Shown: positions 38,528 through 48,137 of the stretch, piece by piece
How the letters are laid out: each line of letters opens with the position of its first letter
Position numbering within the stretch: the stretch's first letter is position 1
IMG/VR virus record: IMGVR_UViG_3300037182_000030
Coordinates: 1-59,678 of that record
DNA from: a virus
Lineage: Duplodnaviria > Caudoviricetes
Direction: 5' to 3' (one strand)
Length of the DNA stretch: 59,678 bases
Position numbers and translations under genes: made by a program
Notes under the pieces: model-generated
Seen by the model: only the letters and a program-made list of their open reading frames with translations
What the model was told of the DNA's origin: nothing
Database searches by the model: none

Positions 38528-40269
38528 AACGACTTATTATCTCGGCCTTTATTTTTGTCAGCGCGATGATTTCATCGTTTGCTGCGACTTACTACGTTGA
38601 CTACTCGGCGGGCAGCGACAGCAGCAATGGCACTTCAACTTCAACGCCGTGGCAGCATTGTCTGGGTGATACCAATGCAACCGGCACGGCGGCATCGGCA
38701 ACATTCAGTCCTGGAGACACGGTTTATTTCAAGGGAGGCGTTTCGTATATTCTTGTCGGAGCCGGAATCACAGTCGCGGGCGGTAGTTATGGCAGTCCTG
38801 TCACCTACGACGGAAACAGTTCCGGGTCTTGGGGAACTGGTTCGGCCATCATTACTGATGATTTCAGTTCAAACTCCATCGTGGCATTCACCGTTCCCAT
38901 CCTCATGTCGAATGTAGTTTTCAACAGCTTTTGTTTCACAAATATAGGCGGGTCAAATACTATTCCAGTTGGGAATTTTAACCCGAATGGGTATCCGGCA
39001 AAACCCGGTTCTGGCATAACCGCCAATACCATGCTGAACGTCAAGATTGAGAACTGCAATTTCAGCCGACTGGGTTATTGGCAGGAATGGCCCACAAACG
39101 TCAACGGAAGTTCGCTGCAAGGATGTGCTGTTGGAGCATCTATTTGCGATGGCGTAACAATCACAAACTGTGAATTTGACCGTATCCGCGACCCGGTTTC
39201 CTTTGGCGTTTATGGTGCTTGGAACTTGTCAGTTCAAAACTGTTTCTTCCATGATGAAATGGAATGGGGCCTGACGGTGCTGTGTGTCAATTCATACCGC
39301 AGCAACGTGGTGGTTTCCGGTTGTGTGTTTTCCAACACCGACCAGTATTATGTGGGCACCGGCGCTGGTGGATTGTATCAAGGCTATAATGGCGGCGGCC
39401 CTCACCAGAACGCGATAATGATGTTCAATGGTGAGGGGGAAAGCGGAAACATGGGGATTGACCGCTTTCCCGGAGACACCAATGTTCTCATTTACAACAA
39501 CAAGTTTATCACGACAATGGGTTATCCGGGCGGCACCACGGCGATTTGGTTGCAGGATGGCACCAGCGGATACATCTACAACAATCTTTTCTATCTTTCA
39601 GCGGCCAATAACGCCGTGAATGTGAGCGGGGATTTTACCAATACACCATGCCAGATGGGGATTTTCAACAATACGTTTTACGGTGGAAACATTCAAATCG
39701 TCGTGAGTAGCACAGGAGTCCCGGCATGGCCATCCACCCAGACCAGCACCATTTTGCGTGTAGAAAATAACCTCATCAGCACGCTCAACATCGGAAACAA
39801 CAACGCCTACGATTATGAGATAAACGTGGCGACCGATGGAATAGCGCGTTTGACGAACAGTGTTCTATTTGATTACAACTCATACTTCACCGAACAGGTC
39901 TATTGGGTTCCGATATTTGCCTTGTGGCCGAGTGTTGGCATTTGGGGTCTTATACCAGATTCGCATGTGACTGACCCGCGTCAATTTGGGTGGGAAATTC
40001 ACAGTGTCGCCAATTCATCGCCTCCCTTTGTGAGTGCCGTTCATGTGTCGCCGTTTAACTACGACCTTCATCCGCTGACCAATTCAGCGGCGATTGGGGC
40101 AGGAACGAATCTAACCATCCTCAATCTTCCGGGTCTGGATAAAGATTTGGATGGCAACGCGCGACCGGCAACCGGCCCGTGGACGATTGGGGCGTATAAC
40201 GCGGCAGGAACAAATGCTCCAGCGCCGCCAACAACCTATCCGGGCGGAATGCCGTGGATTTATCAGTGA
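38524..40269 (+). CDS. Secreted right-handed parallel beta-helix protein (pectin-lyase-like fold)
   Basis: ATYYVDY..GSDS.NGTS..TPW, PGDTVYFKGG, IYNN repeats, DLH....S.AI.AG...D.DGN.RP....IGAY. Confidence 0.85.
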   Translation: MKRLIISAFIFVSAMISSFAATYYVDYSAGSDSSNGTSTSTPWQHCLGDTNATGTAASATFSPGDTVYFKGGVSYILVGAGITVAGGSYGSPVTYDGNSSGSWGTGSAIITDDFSSNSIVAFTVPILMSNVVFNSFCFTNIGGSNTIPVGNFNPNGYPAKPGSGITANTMLNVKIENCNFSRLGYWQEWPTNVNGSSLQGCAVGASICDGVTITNCEFDRIRDPVSFGVYGAWNLSVQNCFFHDEMEWGLTVLCVNSYRSNVVVSGCVFSNTDQYYVGTGAGGLYQGYNGGGPHQNAIMMFNGEGESGNMGIDRFPGDTNVLIYNNKFITTMGYPGGTTAIWLQDGTSGYIYNNLFYLSAANNAVNVSGDFTNTPCQMGIFNNTFYGGNIQIVVSSTGVPAWPSTQTSTILRVENNLISTLNIGNNNAYDYEINVATDGIARLTNSVLFDYNSYFTEQVYWVPIFALWPSVGIWGLIPDSHVTDPRQFGWEIHSVANSSPPFVSAVHVSPFNYDLHPLTNSAAIGAGTNLTILNLPGLDKDLDGNARPATGPWTIGAYNAAGTNAPAPPTTYPGGMPWIYQ

Positions 40270-40294
40270 AACAATGGGGAAAGGGGATTGAATT

Positions 40295-40645
40295 ATGAGC
40301 GATCAAGAAAGCAGCAACAAGAAACAGGTTTTCGGAATCAAGGCAAACACCATCATCACCGCCCTGTTCGGCCTGCTTGTAAGCGGCATCGGGCTTGTGA
40401 ACCACATGCAAGCCAAGGCCAGCCACGATGACACGATAAAGTCAGTGATGGATTTGAAACTGGAAATCATCGGCACCTATGTCAGCAAGGCTGATTTCCA
40501 AACTTCCATTGCCGCGCTGTCGTCCACCGACGCAAAACTCTGGGAGAAGGAGGCTGGTTTGACCGAAATTCTTGACAAAAACACCGCCGACATCAATTTG
40601 AAATTGCAACACATCGAGGATTCGTTACCATCAAAGAAGCCATGA
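40295..40645 (+). CDS. Membrane protein with coiled coil (holin/spanin-like)
   Basis: Single TM followed by a coiled coil. Confidence 0.45.
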   Translation: MSDQESSNKKQVFGIKANTIITALFGLLVSGIGLVNHMQAKASHDDTIKSVMDLKLEIIGTYVSKADFQTSIAALSSTDAKLWEKEAGLTEILDKNTADINLKLQHIEDSLPSKKP

Positions 40646-40995
40646 ATCCATTCAAAGTAATCTGGCTGAAAGCTGGCGTGGCTTTCGGCATACCGTTCTT
40701 CACCGCGCTCGGCATCGCGCTTGAGCCGTTCTCAACCGGCGATTCTGCCCAGCCGAATGTTGCGGGCTGGCTCATCATAATCTGCGCGCCGCTCGTTGCC
40801 GGTTTCTCCGGCCTCGGCTCGTTCCTTTCCACCACGTTCGCGGAACACAAAGCCAAGACAGAAGCCGGCTTGGACGATTCTGCGCCGGCTCCGATCACGC
40901 AAGCGCAAGCCGCCGCGCCAAGTGCTGTGTCTTTTCCTTACACAGTGAACACAAGTCCGGTAGGAAGTAATCCAAGCCAGACAAAAATAATATGA
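40642..40995 (+). CDS. Holin-like two-TM protein
   Basis: Two hydrophobic segments; position after tail genes. Confidence 0.5.
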   Translation: MNPFKVIWLKAGVAFGIPFFTALGIALEPFSTGDSAQPNVAGWLIIICAPLVAGFSGLGSFLSTTFAEHKAKTEAGLDDSAPAPITQAQAAAPSAVSFPYTVNTSPVGSNPSQTKII

Positions 40996-41222
40996 GTATT
41001 CGAGATACATACTATAAAAAACAGATAGCTGATGAAGAAAAGTATATCGTTGATGCTATATCTGACGTTAAAAACACTGAGTCTGACAAGATTCAAATAC
41101 TTGCACGACGAATAATGTATTTTGCTGGTTGCATGGTGCATGGTGCAAATCTTGCATCAACAGAGTTGAGGTTGAAACAATGTGAAGAACGCTGGGTAAA
41201 CAGAAAACAAAAACGAAAGTGA
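40992..41222 (+). CDS. AT-rich hypothetical
   Basis: ATGA-coupled ORF. Confidence 0.45.
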   Translation: MSIRDTYYKKQIADEEKYIVDAISDVKNTESDKIQILARRIMYFAGCMVHGANLASTELRLKQCEERWVNRKQKRK

Positions 41223-41434
41223 AATTATGCATAATATCTATTACAATGCGGCGGCGATTCTTGCAGTGATTGGCGGCGGGCTATCCATTCTAGGGATTGT
41301 AAAATCAAATGCAGTGGTGGTCGCGGTGGCCTGTCTGCTAGTGGCAATTGGACTGTTTCTGATTGCTGTAGGGAAAACAAACTAATTTCCACCGGTCGCT
41401 CCGGCGGGGAAGAAACAAAAACAGTAAATCATAT

Positions 41435-41980
41435 ATGAACAAAATAAAAATGACAGTCATCGGCCTCGCGGCACTCGTGCTGGCGGGGGGATCAGTTCAG
41501 GCGCAGTTTACAGACACGAACGCAGCGACGGCTGAAAACAACTTCGTCACCACGGCGGCAAGCTGGTTTTCGTCCATTGACTACACCAAGTCGTGGCCGA
41601 CCAACGAGATTGACTTCGCCGTTGGCGGACTCTGGCAGAATAACAACCAGTGGGCGAACTACCTCAACGTCCAGAAGAACTTCGGAAACCTCGCCGTGGA
41701 CGGTGAAATGGACAATGCTGGAGTGGTCGGGACAATCTACCGTGTCCAGTTTGGCGGCGGTTATCGCTTCCTTAACAGGGGCGACTTGAGCATGACTATC
41801 CTGCTAAATGGGGGATACGACAAAACGCAGAAAGCTGGATTCGCCGAGCCGACATTGCTGCTCCGTAAAATCATGGCACACGGCGCGTTCACTGAAATAG
41901 CGCTGGACTACGACGTGCTGTTCAAAGGGCAACAATCAAATTATCCCGGCTTGAGAATTGGGACAGGATTCACGTTCTGA
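41435..41980 (+). CDS. Outer-membrane beta-barrel-like protein
   Basis: Signal peptide, alternating beta pattern, C-terminal GTGFTF. Confidence 0.65.
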   Translation: MNKIKMTVIGLAALVLAGGSVQAQFTDTNAATAENNFVTTAASWFSSIDYTKSWPTNEIDFAVGGLWQNNNQWANYLNVQKNFGNLAVDGEMDNAGVVGTIYRVQFGGGYRFLNRGDLSMTILLNGGYDKTQKAGFAEPTLLLRKIMAHGAFTEIALDYDVLFKGQQSNYPGLRIGTGFTF

Positions 41981-42039
41981 TCCAAAACGCCGGGCGGCGC
42001 TGGCTCCGTATGGTGCGCAGCCGCCCGGCAATCTAAAAA

Positions 42040-42501
42040 ATGCTCGACACTTTTCCAATCTGCGGTTTTCACATTGCACCCGGTCAATTCTCGACGCGCA
42101 TCTTGAACACCGATTCGTCGGACGCGATGCTGTTCATCAATTGCATCCCGAATTATTATCTGACGAAAGACGGGCGGCTTTTGGAATTGTCACGCGGCCA
42201 GCAGTCGGACGGAATTTCCGCGCCTCAAATTGCAGCGGCATTCGGGCGCGAGCATGGCGGGGACGATTGGATTGCCGGCTGGTATCACGACGGCGGCTAC
42301 CGTTTCGGATTGAGGATTTGGGACTTGGCACTTGAGGAATTTGTGAAATGGGACGCAGCGCATGGACGGTCAAAAGAAGCGTGCGACGATTTGCTCCACG
42401 AATGCGCCGAAGCCTGCGGCGACACAAAGGCGATGGCCGACACTCTTTATTGGGCGGTGGCGATATTCGGAAAGCGGAATTATCAGATGCCAGGAAGCTG
42501 A
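42040..42501 (+). CDS. DUF1353-like protein
   Basis: SDG.SAP......HD..Y......D..L.E.......Y.AV..FG. Confidence 0.7.
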   Translation: MLDTFPICGFHIAPGQFSTRILNTDSSDAMLFINCIPNYYLTKDGRLLELSRGQQSDGISAPQIAAAFGREHGGDDWIAGWYHDGGYRFGLRIWDLALEEFVKWDAAHGRSKEACDDLLHECAEACGDTKAMADTLYWAVAIFGKRNYQMPGS

Positions 42502-42691
42502 TTTCTGTCCGAAAAGCGGCAAAATCAAAGTGTCAGAATTCGCACACGGAATCAAAGGCGGCCAATGTTTTCAACGGGTTTAAGAGACAGGAAATCCAAC
42601 TCCAAAAAAAGATTTGACACCAAACTACCAAAAGAGTAATTTCAACCATCGGCAGGAAATAAAAATCTGCCAGTCAAAAAAAGAAAAGAAC

Positions 42692-42883
42692 ATGAACGCA
42701 CAGCATATCATCAACAAAATCGGGAATCGCATCGGGAGAATCAATCGCCGGCGAATGGAAATTCAGGCGGACATCACCGACGAAATAAATCACGCTGAAA
42801 AAATGAAGCGCGTGCCGTCAACTGGGCATCTCATCGCACAAATCAATCGGCTCGATATGCGCCTCACTGAATTGAAGCCATGA
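42692..42883 (+). CDS. Hypothetical early protein
   Basis: TTGACA at 42614; AAGAAAAGAAC-ATG. Confidence 0.5.
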   Translation: MNAQHIINKIGNRIGRINRRRMEIQADITDEINHAEKMKRVPSTGHLIAQINRLDMRLTELKP

Positions 42884-43046
42884 AACCTGAATCCTCCGAC
42901 ACCCGCGCCGCCGAAATCACAGCCAAAAAAAGATTTGACAGATTCGCCAAAGCGTGAAATACTCACAGCAATGGTGATGCCCGGTCGGGTAGTGTTAGGT
43001 TCGGCCCGGAGGGGCATGGTCAGCTATGGCAACAAAAGAAAAGAAT

Positions 43047-44066
43047 ATGAATGAAGAATCAAAAAGCACGCGGTCACAGGAAATCACATCGGCACTTGCG
43101 CCAGCTTACGCAAAAGCCTCAACGCTCAAATTGTCAAAGGCTGAAATCAAAAAGCTGACGAAGCCATTTGCCGATGACTTGGTTGAAATCCGGCCAAGCG
43201 ACGGCGTTTTATACGTTCCTCATATTCACATCGAAAATCGTCTGACGCAAGTTTTCGGCCCAGGCGGTTGGAGCTTCATTTGCCGCGAGCCGCTTTGGGA
43301 TGAAGGTTCCGGCGAGATCACCGCTGAATATATTTTGCTGGTGAGGGGATATTTCATCGGAGAGGAATTCGGGGAAGAAAAATACAACCCGCTTCAAGGC
43401 GACAAATACGGCGACAAACTTTCGTGCATCCAAGCCAAAGCGCTCCGCAGCATTTGCGGAAAGAAACTGGCGTGCGGCAGTCAGCTTTGGGAACCGGCGT
43501 ATTGTCAAAAATGGATTGCCAAGAACGCCGAACAATATCAGGGCGAGATTTACGACGGTCACCAAACTCAAAAAACAATGTTGTGGCGGAAAAAAGGAGC
43601 CAAGAGCACGTTGAGCGAATCCGAGACGCCGACGCCGCGCGCCAAGAAATACCAGCCAACCGAGGATGACAAGTTTTTGATGCTGCAATGCCTGTCCAGC
43701 CTGCCGAAAGATCAAGTCCTGAAATTCGCCATCGAGCAAAAGATTCTCACCGACGGCCAGACGCTTGAAGATTGGCCGATGGAAAAGGTTGTGGCCGGGG
43801 AAGTCGCCATCCGCAAACTGCAAACCCAAATCATCGGCAGCTTTCCATCAGCCAAGTCGGAGCCGAAAATCTGGCAGGAAACTGAAATCCCATTCGGCAG
43901 CATGAAGGGCAAGAAACTTGGCGAGCTTGCCAAAGACGTTCTCGCCGGATATTGGGAGGCCATGTCCACCGCTGTAATCACCGGGCAGGATGATTTCAAA
44001 AAGGCATTGTCCGACGCCGCCAAATTTCACCACTTGACAAAACTCAAACAAAGCAGTAAAAAATAA
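43047..44066 (+). CDS. Rad52/Mgm101-family ssDNA-annealing recombinase
   Basis: L..PF....VEIRP.DG.LY.PHI....RL..VFGPGGW. Confidence 0.75.
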   Translation: MNEESKSTRSQEITSALAPAYAKASTLKLSKAEIKKLTKPFADDLVEIRPSDGVLYVPHIHIENRLTQVFGPGGWSFICREPLWDEGSGEITAEYILLVRGYFIGEEFGEEKYNPLQGDKYGDKLSCIQAKALRSICGKKLACGSQLWEPAYCQKWIAKNAEQYQGEIYDGHQTQKTMLWRKKGAKSTLSESETPTPRAKKYQPTEDDKFLMLQCLSSLPKDQVLKFAIEQKILTDGQTLEDWPMEKVVAGEVAIRKLQTQIIGSFPSAKSEPKIWQETEIPFGSMKGKKLGELAKDVLAGYWEAMSTAVITGQDDFKKALSDAAKFHHLTKLKQSSKK

Positions 44067-44099
44067 ACCGTCAGTTAAACCAAAAAGAAAGAAAAGAAT

Positions 44100-45023
44100 A
44101 TGAATGACCTGTTAATCGTCCCGAAAATTGGAAACCCGGCACCGGCAGTCTCACCCGAAGCGGAGTCGAAGAAAATGGAATTGCTGGCGCGCTCCGCGCT
44201 TGTGGTTCAAGTCACCAACGAAGCCGAGTTGAAAATCAATGTTGAACAGTCGCAGGAAATCCAGCGGCTTATCAACATCGCCGACAATTCCGGCGAACAC
44301 GAATATCGCCCGTTCAAAACCGTTTGCGATTGGATTTCTTCCACCGTCAAAAAATACAAATTCGACCTCGTGAACGAAAAGGAGCGTCTGAAAAAGATGC
44401 GGGATAACTTCGCAGCGCAAGAGGCGGCGCGCGTCGAAGCCGAGCAGCGGAAGCTTGACGAAGCCCGGCAGAAAGCCGAACGCGAAGCGGCAGCGGCCAT
44501 CGCCGAGCAGGAACGGCAGGCCCGTGAAGCTGCCGAAAAAATTGCCGCCGAAAACCGTCGCATCGAAGGCGAGCGGGTTGAAAAGGAACGCAAGCTGGCA
44601 GCGGCCATCGAAGAACAAAAACGCCTTGAAGGAATGAAGCGCCAGTCAGCGGAAAAGAAAGCCGCCGCTGAAAAAGCAATCGCCGCAGCGCAGGCCGAAC
44701 TTGAAAAGGCGAACGCAAAAAAGGCGCAATCGGTTCCGAACATCGCGCAGGAAATCGCCGCCGAGGTAAAGGTCCAGGCCGCAGTCGAAAACCTTCACAA
44801 GATTCAAACCACCGTCGCGCCGCAAGCCGCCAAAGCCGCCGGCTACGGTGCAAAAAAAGTCGTGAAATACGAAATACTAAACCCGGATTCACTTTACCGA
44901 GTTCGGCCAGAATGGTTTTCACTCATTCCTAAAAAGCAGATTATGAACGATTCAATTACGGAGGCAACATCTTTGCCCGGATTGAAGGTTTGGACCACCA
45001 TCGAAACCCAAACACGCAGCTAA
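44100..45023 (+). CDS. Coiled-coil protein of the recombination module
   Basis: E/A/K-rich helix; C-terminal ...LPGLKVW. Confidence 0.65.
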   Translation: MNDLLIVPKIGNPAPAVSPEAESKKMELLARSALVVQVTNEAELKINVEQSQEIQRLINIADNSGEHEYRPFKTVCDWISSTVKKYKFDLVNEKERLKKMRDNFAAQEAARVEAEQRKLDEARQKAEREAAAAIAEQERQAREAAEKIAAENRRIEGERVEKERKLAAAIEEQKRLEGMKRQSAEKKAAAEKAIAAAQAELEKANAKKAQSVPNIAQEIAAEVKVQAAVENLHKIQTTVAPQAAKAAGYGAKKVVKYEILNPDSLYRVRPEWFSLIPKKQIMNDSITEATSLPGLKVWTTIETQTRS

Positions 45024-45032
45024 ACAATTTAT

Positions 45033-45127
45033 GAACGCGCGGTGTCAGTGCATAGCCGAGTTCCGAACGCGAAAGCGAGTCGGACAAGACTTGGCCGGTG
45101 AAGGCGTGGAGCCTTCCGCGTTCGCCA
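45033..45127 (+). ncRNA. tRNA-like structured RNA
   Basis: 7-bp acceptor stem GAACGCG/CGCGTTC + G + CCA; 5-bp T-like arm GAAGG-CGTGGAG-CCTTC; long central arm. Confidence 0.45.
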
Positions 45128-45134
45128 ATCCAAA

Positions 45135-45746
45135 ATGAACCCAAGCCAAAATATGAAGATACTCTTTTGCGACACGGAAACTTCCGATCTGGCGAACTTT
45201 GAACTTCATGCCAGAGACAACCGCCAGCCCCATATCGCGGCGGCGTCTGCCATCATCACCGACGAAGCCAACAAGGAGCTTGAACGCTTCGCGGCCATCG
45301 CCAAAGAAACCACTTGGACCAGCCAGCCGGCGGCACGCGAGACGCACGGCATCACCCGCGAGCGGTCACTGGCGGAAGGGATTGACGAAAGAATCATCGT
45401 CGAAACAATTCTGGCGATGATTAAGCGGGTGGATTTGATTGTCGCCTTCAATTCCACCTTCGACAAGTTCGTGATTCGGATTGGAGCACGCCGCTTCGGG
45501 CTTTTCACCGACGCCGATGACGTTAGTTGGAAAGCCTTAAACGTCTTTTGCACCATGCGCCCGATGACCAACATTTGCTGTATCCCAAAGAAGTCCGGCA
45601 GCGGTTTCAAATTCCCAAAACTGGCGGAAGCCTACAAGCACGCCTTCGGCAAGGAACTTCAAAAGGCGCATCAGGCGGCACCGGACAACGAAGCCAACCG
45701 GGAACTGTATTTCTGGATTCAGGCGCATCAACCGAAAGGTGAATAA
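45135..45746 (+). CDS. DnaQ-like 3'-5' exonuclease (DEDDh)
   Basis: DTETS, HGIT, VAFNSTFD, CTM, PKL.E.Y, AH.A..D. Confidence 0.88.
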   Translation: MNPSQNMKILFCDTETSDLANFELHARDNRQPHIAAASAIITDEANKELERFAAIAKETTWTSQPAARETHGITRERSLAEGIDERIIVETILAMIKRVDLIVAFNSTFDKFVIRIGARRFGLFTDADDVSWKALNVFCTMRPMTNICCIPKKSGSGFKFPKLAEAYKHAFGKELQKAHQAAPDNEANRELYFWIQAHQPKGE

Positions 45747-45953
45747 GTGTCTAACAAAGAGCCATCAGAGATTGAGAAGGTGGAAGCCAGAATTAACGAA
45801 TGGCGCATGGAATATGACAGAACCAAGACCACGCACGAAATCAGCCGGAGTTACAACCTTGTCAATAAGATGAACGATTTGAACAAAAAGATCAGCCTTG
45901 CGAACAAATGGCTTTCCGAGCAGCGCGCCCCAATGGAGGCGGCAAGGCAATAA
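45747..45953 (+). CDS. Hypothetical coiled-coil protein
   Basis: Contiguous ORF. Confidence 0.5.
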   Translation: MSNKEPSEIEKVEARINEWRMEYDRTKTTHEISRSYNLVNKMNDLNKKISLANKWLSEQRAPMEAARQ

Positions 45954-45954
45954 T

Positions 45955-46734
45955 ATGTCAGCAATCGCCACAGCCTGGGCTTGGAAAACGCCGACGAAAA
46001 GTCCGACGATGAAACTGATTTTGCTCGTGTTGGCTGAATTCGCCACGGAGAAAAACAAGACGGGTGTGAGCATGGAGGGATTGCAGCAATTAAGCGGAAT
46101 GACGCAAGCGCAGGTGGAGTATGCGATTCAAGGGTTAGTGGACGGATTGGCAATTGAAGACACTGGCGCGAGAATCGGGGATCAAAAGAACATCCGCGTA
46201 TTCCAATTGATGCTGCTCAAACCGCTGACCAAAATAAAACGCCGGACGAAGCAAACGAGCCTGGCATTTACAGAGGCCGAAGAAATTTACAAATTGCACC
46301 CCAGACCAGTCGCAAGGCCGCGCTCGCTGAATCTGATAAACAAGGCAATCGCCGCACACGGGTTTGAATTCATCAAAGAGAAAACCGCTCTGTTTGCAAA
46401 GGCGTGGCAGGGCAGAACAGATATTGAGCATTGTGCCCATAGTTCCACTTGGTTTCAGCAGGAACGCTATTTGGACGACATCAAGACGATTGGAGGCTCG
46501 TTTGCGGCAAGAGCAACAGCCGGACCAAAATTCAATGAAGTGCGCGAATATGTTTTGCAGCACGTCACACGAGATGATCGGGGTTGGAGTTCATCGTTCT
46601 ATGGGTATTGGAATGACCCAAAGCGGAACTGGAAAGACAAAACAGGCCAGTCAATAGACTGGAAAGAGCGGCTTTCAAAACAACTTGCAGCATGGCGGGC
46701 ATCCGAACAAAAAACAAATTTGACACCCGCATAA
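45955..46734 (+). CDS. Phage replication initiator (N-terminal HTH)
   Basis: MS..A..WAW......KLILLVLA.FA; IY..HPR.V; H.STWF.QERY.D. Confidence 0.75.
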   Translation: MSAIATAWAWKTPTKSPTMKLILLVLAEFATEKNKTGVSMEGLQQLSGMTQAQVEYAIQGLVDGLAIEDTGARIGDQKNIRVFQLMLLKPLTKIKRRTKQTSLAFTEAEEIYKLHPRPVARPRSLNLINKAIAAHGFEFIKEKTALFAKAWQGRTDIEHCAHSSTWFQQERYLDDIKTIGGSFAARATAGPKFNEVREYVLQHVTRDDRGWSSSFYGYWNDPKRNWKDKTGQSIDWKERLSKQLAAWRASEQKTNLTPA

Positions 46735-46862
46735 AAAAGCCTATGCTCTGGTCATGCAACAATCGAAACTCAACTTCTCCCGGCTTGTCGGCCTCACGGC
46801 CATTTTGCGCCCCGCGCAGGATTGTTGCAGGGCAAGCCGGGGGGACTTTTCAAACTGCAACA
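46720..46862 (+). promoter_or_regulatory. Promoter plus structured leader
   Basis: TTGACA-16-TATGCT; nested inverted repeats. Confidence 0.6.
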
Positions 46863-47351
46863 ATGAAAAACCGAATTCCTTACGCCAGCTTAATTAAGCA
46901 TAGCCACTGTTTGGGCGGAAAGCACACTCGCACATATCACGCATGGGAGGCAGCAAAGCAAAGATGCTATAATCCAAACACTCCAAACTTCAAGGATTAT
47001 GGAGGAAGGGGAATACGCATGTGCCGAAGATGGAGAAACTCATTTGCCAACTTTCTTCACGACATGGGGCCAAAGCCGGAAGGGTTGACCTTGGACCGGA
47101 AAAACAACAACGGAAATTACACGCCCACGAACTGCCGATGGGCAACCCGCAAGCAGCAATCCAACAATCGGAGAAGCTGCCGCTTCATAAGATTCAACGG
47201 TCAGACAAAAAACATTTCCCAATGGGCAAAGTTCACTGGAATAGGGCGCAGAACTTTAGCGCGGAGAATTGATGAGGGTTGCTCCCTGAAATCCTTGCTG
47301 GACGGTGACGATTTAGCAACTTCAAACAAACCGGCTGAACCACCAACCTGA
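46863..47351 (+). CDS. HNH homing endonuclease
   Basis: W...KQRC.NPN...F..YGGRGI..C.RW..SF.NFL.DMG.KP....LDR.NNNGNY.P.NCRWAT..QQ.NN. Confidence 0.9.
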   Translation: MKNRIPYASLIKHSHCLGGKHTRTYHAWEAAKQRCYNPNTPNFKDYGGRGIRMCRRWRNSFANFLHDMGPKPEGLTLDRKNNNGNYTPTNCRWATRKQQSNNRRSCRFIRFNGQTKNISQWAKFTGIGRRTLARRIDEGCSLKSLLDGDDLATSNKPAEPPT

Positions 47352-47357
47352 CATTTT

Positions 47358-47570
47358 ATGAGCGCACAAATCAAAACACTCGGCGAAGCATTGCCGGAAG
47401 AAATCAAACGCTGCACAGAATTGCTTTCGCAATATGCAGCCATCGGGCCGGCTGGAAATTTCGGCGCGGCAATGATAAGACTGGACATCCAAAACGGCGT
47501 TAATGCTCTGGCATCAGGCGACGTGGTAGCGATGTTGGCCGCTCACGAAGCACTCAAAGGCTGTAAATAA
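47358..47570 (+). CDS. Conserved small phage protein
   Basis: LGEALP.E..R..ELL..Y..IGPAG.FGA.MI...I......A.GDVVAM. Confidence 0.65.
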   Translation: MSAQIKTLGEALPEEIKRCTELLSQYAAIGPAGNFGAAMIRLDIQNGVNALASGDVVAMLAAHEALKGCK

Positions 47571-47620
47571 TTTCTGTCTCACGGGCAGGAAAATAAACCA
47601 TCAACAAAAAAGGAAAGCAC

Positions 47621-47998
47621 ATGGCAACAAAAAAAGACAAAAGCAAAGCACCGCTGAAAGACCTGAAGGACATCCCCGGCGGCACAAAGTCCGAAAAGGG
47701 CAAGCCGCAGGAACTCCCCGGTGTCACCGGCCCCGGCGTGGAGCCGATGTCCATTCCGACGCTGGACAAATTCATCGTCAAATATGAAACCGCCAAAGCG
47801 AAGCGGTGTGCGGAGTCGCCGGGAGAACTCCAGGCCAAGAAGGAACTGAAATTCGCGCTGCATCAGCAGGCGGCGAGCCTTCCGGTAAACGCGGAGGGAT
47901 TTCGATTTTACAGATCGTCAGACTATGAAAAGGACTACACCTTGGAAGAAACCCTTAAAGTTAAATCCATGAACGCAGACGCCGGGGACCCTGATTGA
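47621..47998 (+). CDS. Hypothetical protein
   Basis: A-rich leader; intact ORF. Confidence 0.55.
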   Translation: MATKKDKSKAPLKDLKDIPGGTKSEKGKPQELPGVTGPGVEPMSIPTLDKFIVKYETAKAKRCAESPGELQAKKELKFALHQQAASLPVNAEGFRFYRSSDYEKDYTLEETLKVKSMNADAGDPD

Positions 47999-48137
47999 CA
48001 ATCAGCAAAAAGGCATTATGCTCTTGTTGTGTCACAGTTCAATCAATCTGCCGCTTGCTCCGAACGCTTCACCGCGTCTATGCGCTTTCCTGCGCACTGT
48101 GACACACGGAGCGAGCGGCGTCTCAATAGGTGTCACA
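47995..48137 (+). promoter_or_regulatory. Promoter plus structured leader
   Basis: TTGACA-16-TATGCT; nested inverted repeats. Confidence 0.6.

Noticed and set aside
30406-40269. Diversity-generating retroelement acting on tail proteins
   Set aside because: No reverse transcriptase and no TR/VR pair differing at adenines was seen.
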